Shown here: in pieces, positions 50,401 to 62,400 of the stretch | Numbering within the stretch: the stretch's first letter is position 1 | How the letters are laid out: every line of letters starts with the position of its first letter | NCBI GenBank assembly: GCA_002633005.1 | Contig: NMRA01000134.1 | Location: 721,012 to 785,011, forward strand | Origin: Phoronis australis | Lineage: Eukaryota > Animalia > Phoronida | Length of the DNA: 64,000 nucleotides | Direction of reading: 5' to 3' | The notes under the pieces: generated by a model | The model's database searches: none | The model's input: the letters and a program-made list of their open reading frames with translations, nothing else | Told to the model about the DNA's origin: nothing | Position numbers and translations under genes: made by a program

Positions 50401-53400
50401 TTACCACTAGTAACTGACTATAGTACTCAAGTCAAAGGATCCCGACGTCAGGATACCCGCATGCAAATTGGAGATCGGTGATTTACAAGTGAGAGAACAC
50501 GAGAGAAAAATTTCACTAAATTAAAATATTGTTTTTATGGAAATTATGCGTCTTATTTTTCATAGCGTATAAATTTCGGTGCATTATGCCCTTTGCTGAA
50601 CATGCGATTGTTGCGCGTGATCATTTAAGTATTCTATTTTCACGTTCGATGACGTCAGTCGCTGAGTGGTGTAGTGGTAAAGTTGGCAACTCGAAACTCT
50701 CGAGGCCCGGGTTCGAATCTGGCCTCGGTTTCCCGCCAAATTGTTATCTTACTAGTGAGATAACTTTATGGGTTATTACACGGTTGTATCTGCCATTCAA
50801 GGCTTACATTGTGGTATAAATATACATATACATATACATATACATATCCACATGTGTGTGTGCGTGTGTGTGTGTGTCTGTACGTGCGTGCATGTGTGCG
50901 AACGTGTGTGTGTGTGTTTGTGAGCCTATTATGCCATCCGTGTCCGCTACTGTACCTCCAAAACCCTGGATGGATGTTCATGAAATTTTACAGGCATCTT
51001 CCTTGGGACATCCTGAGCAACTTCGGTGGATTTGTCCACCACTGTGCCTCATTGTGGCTTTTTTTTCATTTTGACCTGTGTCTTCGGTTTCTTTACAGAT
51101 GTTTGTGAATTCTGGCAAATACTATTAGAGGAGAGTACAACTGATGTGTATTTTGGAACAAATTTGACTACTGCGGGTCTCCTTGTGACCTCCTAGTGGC
51201 CTTTCTGTTGTTTTTTTGTACTTTGTTGACTGTATCCCTATTCCCCAAACTTCTTCAAGAATCATGATGAAATGTGGCAGGCATGTTCCTATTAAGGATA
51301 GAATTTCTGACTTCCTTTGCACCCCTTAAATGCACTAGTATTGCTCCCTTTAGGGTTAAAATAACGATCATCTCTTATATCTGTGCTGTTTTCGATATAC
51401 GCAGTGCATGCTCTTGTTGATTGCCATGTTTACAATTATATTTTACAAATAGGCCATTTCAACTGAGAATTGATTTCTTTATGAAGCAATGAACCCAACC
51501 TGAGGCCTGTAGGGTGGATTTTTCATGGTGGATTGCGTATGATAATTGCAGAGAGATAACTTTAACCTCAGATTTTAGATAATGCTCTGATGAGCATCCA
51601 TGGTTATGAAGAACCAGAAGCCCCCGCCCCCTTATAGCCGCCAACAATTTTGCGTTGGGTTCCCCTGTTGAACTGTGAATATTCTGCACCACTGATGAAG
51701 GCATGAACCTAACGTAAACATAATTAAATTATCCAAAAAAGAAGGTGATTTCTGAAGTGCTGCTGTTGCAGTAGAGTTTGACTCGACAAGAATGTTTGGA
51801 GCGAAGGTTTTTTTGCTTGGTCTTCAGTTGATTATAATGGACAATTTCCTTGTTGGATATCAGGCAGCCATTCTTGGAGCATTGCCAAGTGTTCTTGGAG
51901 CACTGCCAGGTATTGGCTGGATCCTTCTGGAAAGTGTGAAACACTGTCCTAGTGCAATATGGTTTTTAATCAAAGCTTAAACCTGGGAACACGTCAGGAA
52001 ACCACAAAGAAATTAAATCGGCACTCAAAGCCAAAATGACGTCACTACCTGTTATCAATTCACTAATTTAGCCGTTGGGGTGCAAGATCCACATGCTGGC
52101 ATAGTGCAGAAGTTACCTCTCAATCCTCATTTAGCAATCCTAAATATAAAAAGGCTGTCAAAAGTGGCAAAGCATTCCTTTAACTGTATCGAGCATTTTC
52201 ATTCACCTATGAAATGTGGGTGCCTATTGTCGGCATCTTATCTGGCATCCAGTTTCTGCTCAATATCTCAAAAACCCTTTGTCAGATTTTGATGAAATTT
52301 TGCACAAGGGTGTAGGGTATCACTGGGGTAATGCATGTCACTTTTCAATCTGCAGCTCTCCTTGGAGCCAGGGTAGGGGGCTCTGTCAGTAGGTTTTGAA
52401 ATCATTTATCAATCTGCTTGTAACGTTTGTAATAAACTGGTTCATTTCCTGTTTTTTTTTACTATCATACCATACATTAATAGCATCTGAATGTGTGTTA
52501 AACTTTAAGCATTAGTTTCTTAGAGAACGTTCAGAAGAACGTCAAACATTACTTTAATAAAGAATTTTGTATAACATCAAGAGATCAATATTCATCTCCA
52601 TAACACAATAAAGTTTCTAATACTTGATTTAATGTCTTCACTTCAAAATTTTTGCCTAATTCTATTTTTTTTAAACTTCAGAGCCTTATTATTGTAACTA
52701 ATGAACTTCTGATATTTTGAGGCCAATGTTCTCAATTTTTGTGCTAGAGTGTTTTTGATTCTTTTAATTTTATTTCCTTGTATTTGAAAAACTGTTTATT
52801 TACCTGTTTAATCTACTTTGCTTGGGGTATGCGACGAGCTATGTTGCAGAGCAAAAAGATGAGGATTGTGAAATAATAATAATAAAAGCAAAAACAAAAA
52901 ATTAAGAAAAGGCTGAAGTCCTAACAGAATGTAAAATAGAAATACAAAAACTGACGCTCAGGATAGAAGGTGGGAAAGTACTGAGAAAAAAGAGTAGAGT
53001 TCTTGTAGACGATGACGTTAGGTGACTGAACAAAGGAAACATGAGTGACCAATCTGGTGTCGAGTACAGAAGTGTATGAATACAAAAGTAGAACCGGAGG
53101 ATATAAATAGAGATGAGTAATGAATTTAAAGGTTGATATGAAAAATAAGAATGACATATCAAAAAATGAAGATAAATGCATTTAACGAGTTAAATTTAAC
53201 TTGATCTATTTTGCCCAGGATATATGTCGAGCTGAGTAAAACGTGGCGAGGATTTTAAAATACTGTGACGTAAGTAAAAAGAAATAAAGAAGACTGCAAC
53301 ATGGGTATGGAAAAAATGCCATGATGGTAGTATGGGAATACTGACATGGCTCATTACCCGGGCAATAACAAATGGAGACTATGTACAGGAATAACACGCT

Positions 53401-56400
53401 AAAAATGAAATTACGTAGTAAGATACAATGTTAACTATGAAACCCGACTCGAGACTAGAGATTTTGAAAAGGCTGCTGTAACAGGCCTATGGGGTGCAGG
53501 CTGCGATGACAGACCTCGGCAGGGGAGGAGGTAGGCTGCAACAACAGACCTGATCTGAGGGAGGAAAGAAACAACGATAGGCCGTAGTTGGAGGAGGCTG
53601 AAAAGGGAAAAAAGGGGAAGCTGGAAATACATACTCTACGGGAGGTGTGGGATACAAGGTTAAAAGGAAAAAGAATACAAGCAGATGTAGTGTTTCAGTG
53701 CATCAGATTTCCAATGACCCATGTGCTGGATCACTAGTTCAGGAATGCCACGGCTCGATGCTGACATGGCTGCACCAAAGAGAAAGCTATGGGACTAATA
53801 AGACTTGGTGTTGAGGCCTGTAAAGTAAACTACTTTGATTAGTTAACATGGACTTGAAGCAGGCACAGGTAACCAGGATACAAATGTAAGACTGAAGAGT
53901 GGAATTTAAGGGCCAGTGAAGCCCTGAGCAGTCGCAGGTTACGCCTCCAAGAGGTGTGGTGGGGTGGGCGCCAAAGGATGGGCTGAAGCCAGCAAGATAC
54001 CGTAAACGTTCGGGTTAACGCCCTGGGCGGTTAAATTGGCAAACCTAAAAAATCGGGGGTGGATGGTTAATTAGACATGGGCGCTTAAACGTGAAATTTC
54101 AAGAAGTCCAGGGTGGGCGGTTAACCGAACATGGCGCTTATTACGACAGACAACCGCCGTGGGCGGTTAATCTTACCTCGTGATCTAAGTCCCCACACCA
54201 CAGATCGACGTACTCGGAACGCGTAGCACTTTTCAAAGCGCTTTATCGTCATGCCGCCAAATGACGGTAATCACTTCATAACAGCGGATGATCCCAACAA
54301 AGGTTCTGTTGCCCTCAGATTAGTCATTCTTAATTAAATTTAAAAATTTGTTGAGTAATAGACCCCTGCCATTCTGCAGTCTTGTTAGTTTGTTAGAACT
54401 GTAGTGCGCAGACGACCAGTGACCACGCAGCGCTCCACTTGGATTGCAAGCGGTGACACTGCAAAAGAGTGCGCGCGTGTAAGCTTCACGTGTTGCAGAG
54501 GTCACAGCTGACATCAAGGTTACAGTCCCGTGCCAGCTTTCAAGTTCAGAGTCAGATACTGTTTTAAAATTAGTTGTAATAAAGTCAGGTGTTTTTTTGT
54601 GTTTGAGATGTTTATAGTCGACACTCTTGACTCAGTAACATTTTTACTTCCCGTTGTGCGAAACATGCTCGGCACAGAAGTAAGACAAGAATCGGAGGGG
54701 GGGTAAGCGGACATGAGCCAGACGTAAATCACGAAGAAAAGTTTGAACCACGGCATAAATATGTGATAAAACATCACAAAACAGCGATGTTTCAATTCAT
54801 TCTTAAACGACCACCTTACCCAACTTTGTGGTGGAAAACACATTTATTTTACATGCAAGATGTCCAGATTATATCCTATTATAATATCACCTACACTATT
54901 GCACTGCGTCACTGGTCGGTCCCGCTGTTTGTGCGCATTGTCCCGGCAGGCAATCTTGACTTGGAAAGGCCGTCAAGTAATATAACTGCTTCTTTCAATA
55001 TGCGTCTTGTTTTTAATGGCTAAAGATAGCGGCGGGATTCAGCACGTACGTAGGGCCTACGTATGAGTAACCTGTCAATCACGTGTTGATGTCAAGGTAA
55101 CATGCACTCAGTGTGGGAACTTACGCGTGTGCAGCACTACAAAGTTACACATCAAAAGAGAACAGCGGCAATCCTAAGTAAAAGAAACCGGCGTGATGCT
55201 GTACTTTTAAGCTGTTATTAGGAAAGACTTAGTGCTTTACGATATTCCTCCGTTCCAATGCCTCCCAAAACTGCGATGTCAAGTCTGCCCGACTTCGGTA
55301 TTTTCCGGCTCGATGTTCCCTAGGCCCAATTGTGCCATGCCCGTAGCTAGCTGCGTGCATCTCCTACCAACTATCGCCAATTTTCAGTCAGTCTGTGTTG
55401 TAGATATTTCAGGCTCGAATGGTAAGAATTTTGTTCAGGATGAAACTGGCCAATGTAGAAACAAAATTATTTTGGATAGCTAAAAAGGGAATATGGAAGC
55501 GATAATTCTCGCTGCAGAGTCAGGCGGGGGTTGACGCAAGAAATCATAGTAAAGAACAGCCAGCAACCTTATTTAAATCTGCTAACGCCTTGAGTTTGAC
55601 TGAGATGCAATAACCTAAAAACAAAATTTGACTAGAAGTTTTTTATTACTTCAAGATGATAAACAAACATACAGTGAAATATTGCCAACCTTTGAACTCA
55701 GAAATCGAGAGGCAGCAAATCGGTAACCCAGTGAGGCACACTTTCCCTTTGGTCGCCACATATCCTCGATAACCTGGCAATAACATTCGTCAAAATAGGG
55801 AGAATTTGACATCTTTCCGTGAGTTATGGGAATTAATTCTTCAAAATACGAGAGCTTCCCACCTAAAGAGAATTTGGAGGGTTGGCAAAACCATTGTCAC
55901 ATTTCTCTGGCCAGATTATTTCGAATATATGTTTTATCTAGTGCACTGCAGACGGAAACTCAGCGTGGCAGACAGCGTCGCTGAAAGCGGAGGTATTGAC
56001 GCTGGCGGGGTTTGGGAAGAAAATAAATGACAAAAACGTTCAAGTGTTATATTTTGAACTAAGTCCATGACCCGGGACAATAATTCGTTACTTGTATTGT
56101 AATTGACATTGTCAACCCGCCGTCCCGGAGGCCCAGCGTCGTTTGCGCTGGTTGTGATCATCATCTGTATCTAAAAGTCGGGAATGCGCGTTTCCTAACA
56201 CTGGGCGCTAAATCTTAAAAAGTCGGGGATAGGCGCTTAACCGAGAGGTGGGCGCTTAACTGGAAATCTTCAAAAATTGCAGAGGGGCGGTTAACCGAGC
56301 AGTGGACGGTTAAATCGAAAATCCACTTAAAGTAGGGGGTGGGCGGTCAACTGAGCATGGGCGTTAATCCGGACGTTTACGATACGTAAAGATTATTGGC

Positions 56401-59400
56401 TGAAGGGTCAAGACTGGGGAGCTGTGGAGATGTAGGCAGGCTTTGGTGGATGTACGAGAGGTGGAGGGTGATGTAAGAGAGTGAAGGATCTTTGGAAATT
56501 TAGCTTTTCCTGCTCTGACTTGATTAGGTGCATAAGAACAGAAGGAATCTGGCACTCTTTGAAATTAAATCAATACACAGGTTGTTTATCACTTCTTAGT
56601 ATTTTGTATGGCCATGTTGTTAGCACTCTTCATTTGGTAATCCATTTCCGTTGTGCTCACATTGGTACTCACTATTCATGCAAGCTGACAGGATGTTGTT
56701 AACACGATACCAACTAGGCTGGAAGCAAAACTGACAAGTCCATGTAACTGCAAGGAAATATATTGTGAGTGACAATGACTAAAGTATGATATTAACGTTT
56801 GACTAACTTTCTGACCAATTAAACTGGTCGCCCATTTCGTGTTTAAGGTTATGCAGGGTAATAGAAATATGTCCAAATTTGGTTAACTTGGGAACATCAC
56901 ATCTCATAAATGGCTGATGTGATTCAGATGAAACTGTCAGATACTAGGCTTTATGCATTCTTGGAAATGCTGTTTGTGAGACAAATCTTGCGCTAACATT
57001 TGGGGTTTTGTTACCCTAACACCTCAGCGATCCTAAGCCAGACTGACTACCCCATCCTGATCGATTGACAAATTTTAATTAAAATGCTTGTGGCTCTTCT
57101 AATTCATCGAATTTGAAAAATCAAAGATTGCTACTGTTTAATTTTTGATTTTAAAAACGGTCACGTTGGCCGTTTGTCTTATTTATTGTTTTGTTTTTTT
57201 AATTTGAAACTCCTAAGCTAAACAGGCAAGTTGGGTTACGACCACAATTATCTCATCCAGCACGTTCAGCCAAGCGCATGAATAGCGACGCTCACTTCAA
57301 TCCTTGACGGTGCCATCAAGCCTTTGATATGCTGAGAACTTCGCTGAATACTCTGGGGTAAACAGTGCATGCTTTCACGTTCACTTGTGTGCAATATTTG
57401 CTTAAAGTAGGAATTGCTTTTAAAATGTTGCAATTCTGGATGATGGTCTATCAAAAATGATATTTTTTTATTGCCCATCATTCCAGAGATTATTATTTTA
57501 TCTTTATGTTATTTGTACACTCATATTTCTGTACCTTATCAGTCATAGTCACCTTATATCGCCTATACACGGTTTCCTTTGTATCTCTGGAAACTGAGCT
57601 TGCGACGCACCTATTATTTTCGGGACATATTCAAAACATAAATGATATTTCACTCGTTAAATATATTTATGTGAGAATATGGACTCGTCCCACTTATACC
57701 CCCATCTTGACTGGTCCATTAACCCCTTGTGTAGATTCGCATGCGGTCCTCCTGCACTTGAGGCACTAGGACATTTTATTTCCAGCCTCACTATTGGTTT
57801 GTTTGTGTTACTGCCACGAGTTTGGTCAGCTCCTGGCTCCCATAGGCTGATGATTGTCACGTGTCATAGGGCTCCTTTGTTCTTAGTAAAGTTATATTTC
57901 CTGCCATCAGTACTTCGCTTTGGCAGCACTTAGGTTCGAGTCTAATCTCTCATTTTTTTCCCACCCTCTACCACCCTCTCCTTTGGGTAGTTCCTCTTAC
58001 CTGAGTGCTGGTGCTTTTTATTGCCCATCTTTCCAGAGATTATTGTTTTATATTTCTGTACCTTATCAGTCATAATAAATGACCTATCTCCTATACACGA
58101 TCTCCTTTGTATCTCTGGAAAGGGAGCTTCGATGCACCTATTATTTTCGGGACATATTCCGAACATAAATAGGATTTTTTTTTGATTCTTAGGAAAAATC
58201 TGGGAGTTACACAAAATGATATTTTAGAAAACTGTTACAACTGCATTTTTTAGATCTCATCTTAAAGATTTGACAACTAAAATTTCACGATAAATTTGTG
58301 AAGATTATGATTCATCCAGGTATTGTATATGACTATGAATATTTCAGCCAGACGTACTAATAGCAGTTAAAACCTTACATTGCACAATCACAACTGCTCC
58401 ATTCTTAAGTTTTAAGTGATATAGGTACCGTACAATATTCATAAGTAGTCTTATAAAATTTTGTTATATTTTTCGTGCCCTTGTTTTGCAATTGACGTAC
58501 CTATTTGCTAAATTTTTAAAAGATCCATGGTAGCGTGACCCAGTCTAGGACTCAACCCAGTTAAAGGCAGATTGGTAAAAAGTTAAAACTGAATATTTAT
58601 TTGGTTAACACAGAGTGGTCATTAACGTCACACATGTTAATGACTTCAGTTGCTTTAAGCATTTGACTGGTAAAGTCTCACATATTTGCTGATGTGAATG
58701 CTAATTTACGATGTTAATCTAAGTACTTCAGCTGGTAAACCAGTTCTATCTTACTTACCGTAATCGTTCGGGTTAACGCCCTGGGCGGTTAAATTGGCGA
58801 ATCCAAAAAATCGGGGATGGGCGGTTAACTGAGCATGGGCGTTAACCCGAACGATTATGGTAAGTTCAATAAATCCTTGGAAAGTTTGCTGTTTAAGTTT
58901 CTCTCCTACAGCATTCCACATTCAATTCGTGTTTTGTCTTTTCTCTCACAACAGTATTGTCTCATATTGTCTTTTCGTTGTCGACTCACTTGGTTCCAAT
59001 AGAGGTCTCGCTCAGCTTTCTGGTGATGCAAATTGTGCAACACCACTAGCCATATCACGAGCTGTGCTGTAACCGGAGAATAAATGAGTGTTGTTGAAAG
59101 GCGGTAAATGAACAAGTACGCAAGCCATGTGCTCAACGGATTTCAAGTTGAGGCCGCTAACTTTTAATTGGTAATGTTTCAAGTGTCACCAAATAAATGT
59201 TTCCTTGATTATTGCTAGAGAATGCAATTTAGACATGTGTTTTTTTTGTAACTGGATCAATACATTTAATTTATGCCGCGATCAATATAATATACTTGCT
59301 CAAAACTGAAACGTGATTGTTGAACTGTTGTACTTGTGAGATTTTACCGTAGCATTGAATTGGTGAAATGTTTTCATGCACACAGAAATGAAAGTTTGTA

Positions 59401-62400
59401 ATGCTGTGATGTTTTACAAGGAATCAATAACTATGCCACTCATCCACTAGGTATGATAGGAAGCTGCAAACATGTACTAAAATACACAGTGTAAATGTGT
59501 AATTACCGTAGATTTGTTTGATGTCATGTCATAGGTGGGTGTAGTGAGTTGTTTACCCCAGCAACGAAGGTAAAATTCCTGGAACTCGTCATTCCACTTG
59601 TGTGGTAGTAAGCAATAAAAGACTAAGTGTGGTGTACCGAGTCAGTTGATGCCAAGAGTTCACTGACGTCTCGTCATGATTCTCAGAATTACATTAGTAG
59701 TTCTTAATATTCTGGCAATTCGTGACTAGTTGTTTTCTGTTTCTTTCTGTAAAATAGGGATTTTTCTTCACAAAGGAAATCTTCATCTAAAGGGCCTTTC
59801 ATACTTAAGTAAATGTTTTGCAGAGTTGCGGTCTGTATGAATGCTTCACTTTAATCCTGGATCAAACCTAACAGCACCAGTTTCGTAACATCAATGCTGA
59901 TCTTCGGTTTTATAGAAGTTATGGGCAAGGCCCACGTTTATCCGATCATCAGCAAAAGGCAATGTCGTTATTGAGATATATAAATATTTTGCTCAAATAG
60001 CGACCAGTCAAATAAAAAAAGTCAGTTTTATGTCACTATTTGACATTAGATATATTCTGACTGCTCACATGGTGTCCACGCTGTACAAAGAGCTAAGGTG
60101 AAGGTCACCTTATGGGTCAGCGGTACCTTAATGGCAATAACTTATTTCCTCTTCCAACCTACACTTTGGGTATGGGAACAAGACAAGGTCATAACTTCAA
60201 TGACAACATTTAGTTCGATATCCATTTCCTGCTGCAACCAGTTTGAACAGTTCTATGTAAAGTTTGCTTTTAACGAACAACTACACAAAATTCCGTGTGC
60301 ATAGGCACGAGTGTGCATGTGTTGGTTGTGGATATTGGTCATGTGGTACAGGAATGAATGGGAAAAGTATGATGAATTGTTTTGTTGTTTTGTTTGGCGC
60401 CTTGTAATGGTGTATTTGTTAAAAACACCAATTTGTGTGGATTGCTTCGATTTAGCTTGTTCTTGTGGTTGCAGCAACCGAATGGGTTAATTTGTAAGTA
60501 GATTGAGGTACTGCATACTGATGCATTTCTCAAAATCAACCACTGGGAATGTTCAATTAATATTTTATTTTCCAATCAGTCAGAATATTGGTATGTCACT
60601 TCATTCTCTTAACCAATGAGAAGCCATGTTACATGATCAATCATCAATGCTTCGTAGCAATAAGAAGACTGTGTAGTGGGCATAGAGATTGCCTTCTATT
60701 GTTGTTTTATTTTTATGAATCATGTTCTTAGTCAAAGTAGGTTGTCTTATTGAAAAAAGTTTTTTCATGGCCTCAGTTAAGGTATGTTTATTAGTAAAAT
60801 CATCTTATCAGAGACCCGAGATTTAAAAGTTCAGAATACAGTTCGAAACGTTCGAACTTTTAAATCTCTGGTCTCTGAGTAAGTTGATTTTACTATACTG
60901 CTGGTCCTGCACTCTAATGTTCAGAGCTGGTCCTGCAGGCTATTGTTCAAAATGCTTGCCAGTCTATTGGTAAAGCACACTGTGCTTAATATCTGCTTCC
61001 TTAATTGTCCTTTTCAGTTCATCTGGGATGACCATCAACGGCTCCATACCGTTGGACAGCGCCCCTGGACGCCAGCTGAATAGTGGGGACCCAGTCATTT
61101 ACGATGTTGCATTAAACCATGATGGCACAGTTCTCTACTCTGTGTGCGGGAGTATCATACGAACATGGGACCTCAGGAAGTGAGTTCAGGGTTTACCGAG
61201 TATAGGTATATGGGGTTAGTGACTGAAATGCCATAAGGTCAGGATGGGAGGTCAAAGTGTGTAACGTAGAATTACTGAAGTCTCGGACTATATTGTCAGG
61301 GTGTGTAATGTAGAACTACTGAAGTCTTGAGCTATATTGTCATGAGGTATAATGTAGAACAACTGAAGTCTCAGGTTACATTGTCATTGAAGCTAGTTTA
61401 CAATGTTCAACTGCAGAAAGGTGGCGAATGCCGTAACTAATTCCATTAGAACTGCCATGATCAGCTTTTTCCTCGTCAGGTTTTTGGCTGTTGGTAAACT
61501 GAGTGGGGGACACACATCAGCTGTAATGGTACTGGCAGCGGACAGACATGGCGACAAGAATGTGTTGGTGTCTGGTGGGAAGGATCACTATGTAAAGGTA
61601 TGATTTGGGCCTGTTGTATCATTACATGGAGCATGTATCTTGATGGTCGGGTGGTGTAGGTATAGTGTTCTGCACTTGATATCCAATCTCCAAACTGACT
61701 CAAGTTCCTGACAAACTATTTTTGATATTTTGTGTTCTATTCTCAACTCGTATGGCGGTTGATTTTGTGCTGGGGTTGCATGACGGGTTCATGGTTTTGC
61801 TTAATTAATAACCCCTACCAAGCTACAAACTCAAGTTCAGACTCCACATTACAAGTTCAAATTCAAGTGTAAGTCTGGTGTTTGTGTTATCAAGTGCAAG
61901 CTTTGATTATATATTGATCTACATGAACCATACTGTACTGGAGCATATGGTCAGGGTTACTTTTCTTAAGTTGATGCCCAAGTGGAATTGTAGGTTCATA
62001 TGTAGGTGAGGTCGAGTGATTAGTGATTTGTTTTCCTTTGCACTGATATCTACCAAGTTCTTTGCAGGACATGTAATTTGGCAAATAAGTTACTGCTACA
62101 CGCAGACATCGTGAAGCACCAACCCTGTTTCAGATGGATTTGACCTACGTTGCGCACCCTAGTGGCTTTTGTATTGTTTCTGTGTTTTTGTTCTGTTCTT
62201 CCGTATCTTCCAAACCTCTTGACAAATGATGGTGAGATGTGACTGGTGCATTCCTGTAGAGGAGAGGAGTTCTGACTTTGCACCCTTTAGAGGCTTATTA
62301 CTAAGTTAACTGGCATTCCTTGGAATGTTTAAAATAATGATTATCCCTAATTGTATCTGGGCTGTTTGCGCTGCACATGGTGGGCACATATGAATGCTCC

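Noticed and set aside
51585-51720. CTGATGA motifs as hammerhead ribozymes (also 6876 and CTGAAGA near 49810)
   Set aside because: No convincing stem II plus GAAA plus stem III arrangement.
57910-57942. U6 snRNA-like 5' end (GTACTTCGCTTTGGCAGCAC) followed by GGTTCGAGTC
   Set aside because: Only about 20 nt resemble U6; the ACAGAGA box and the rest of the RNA are absent.
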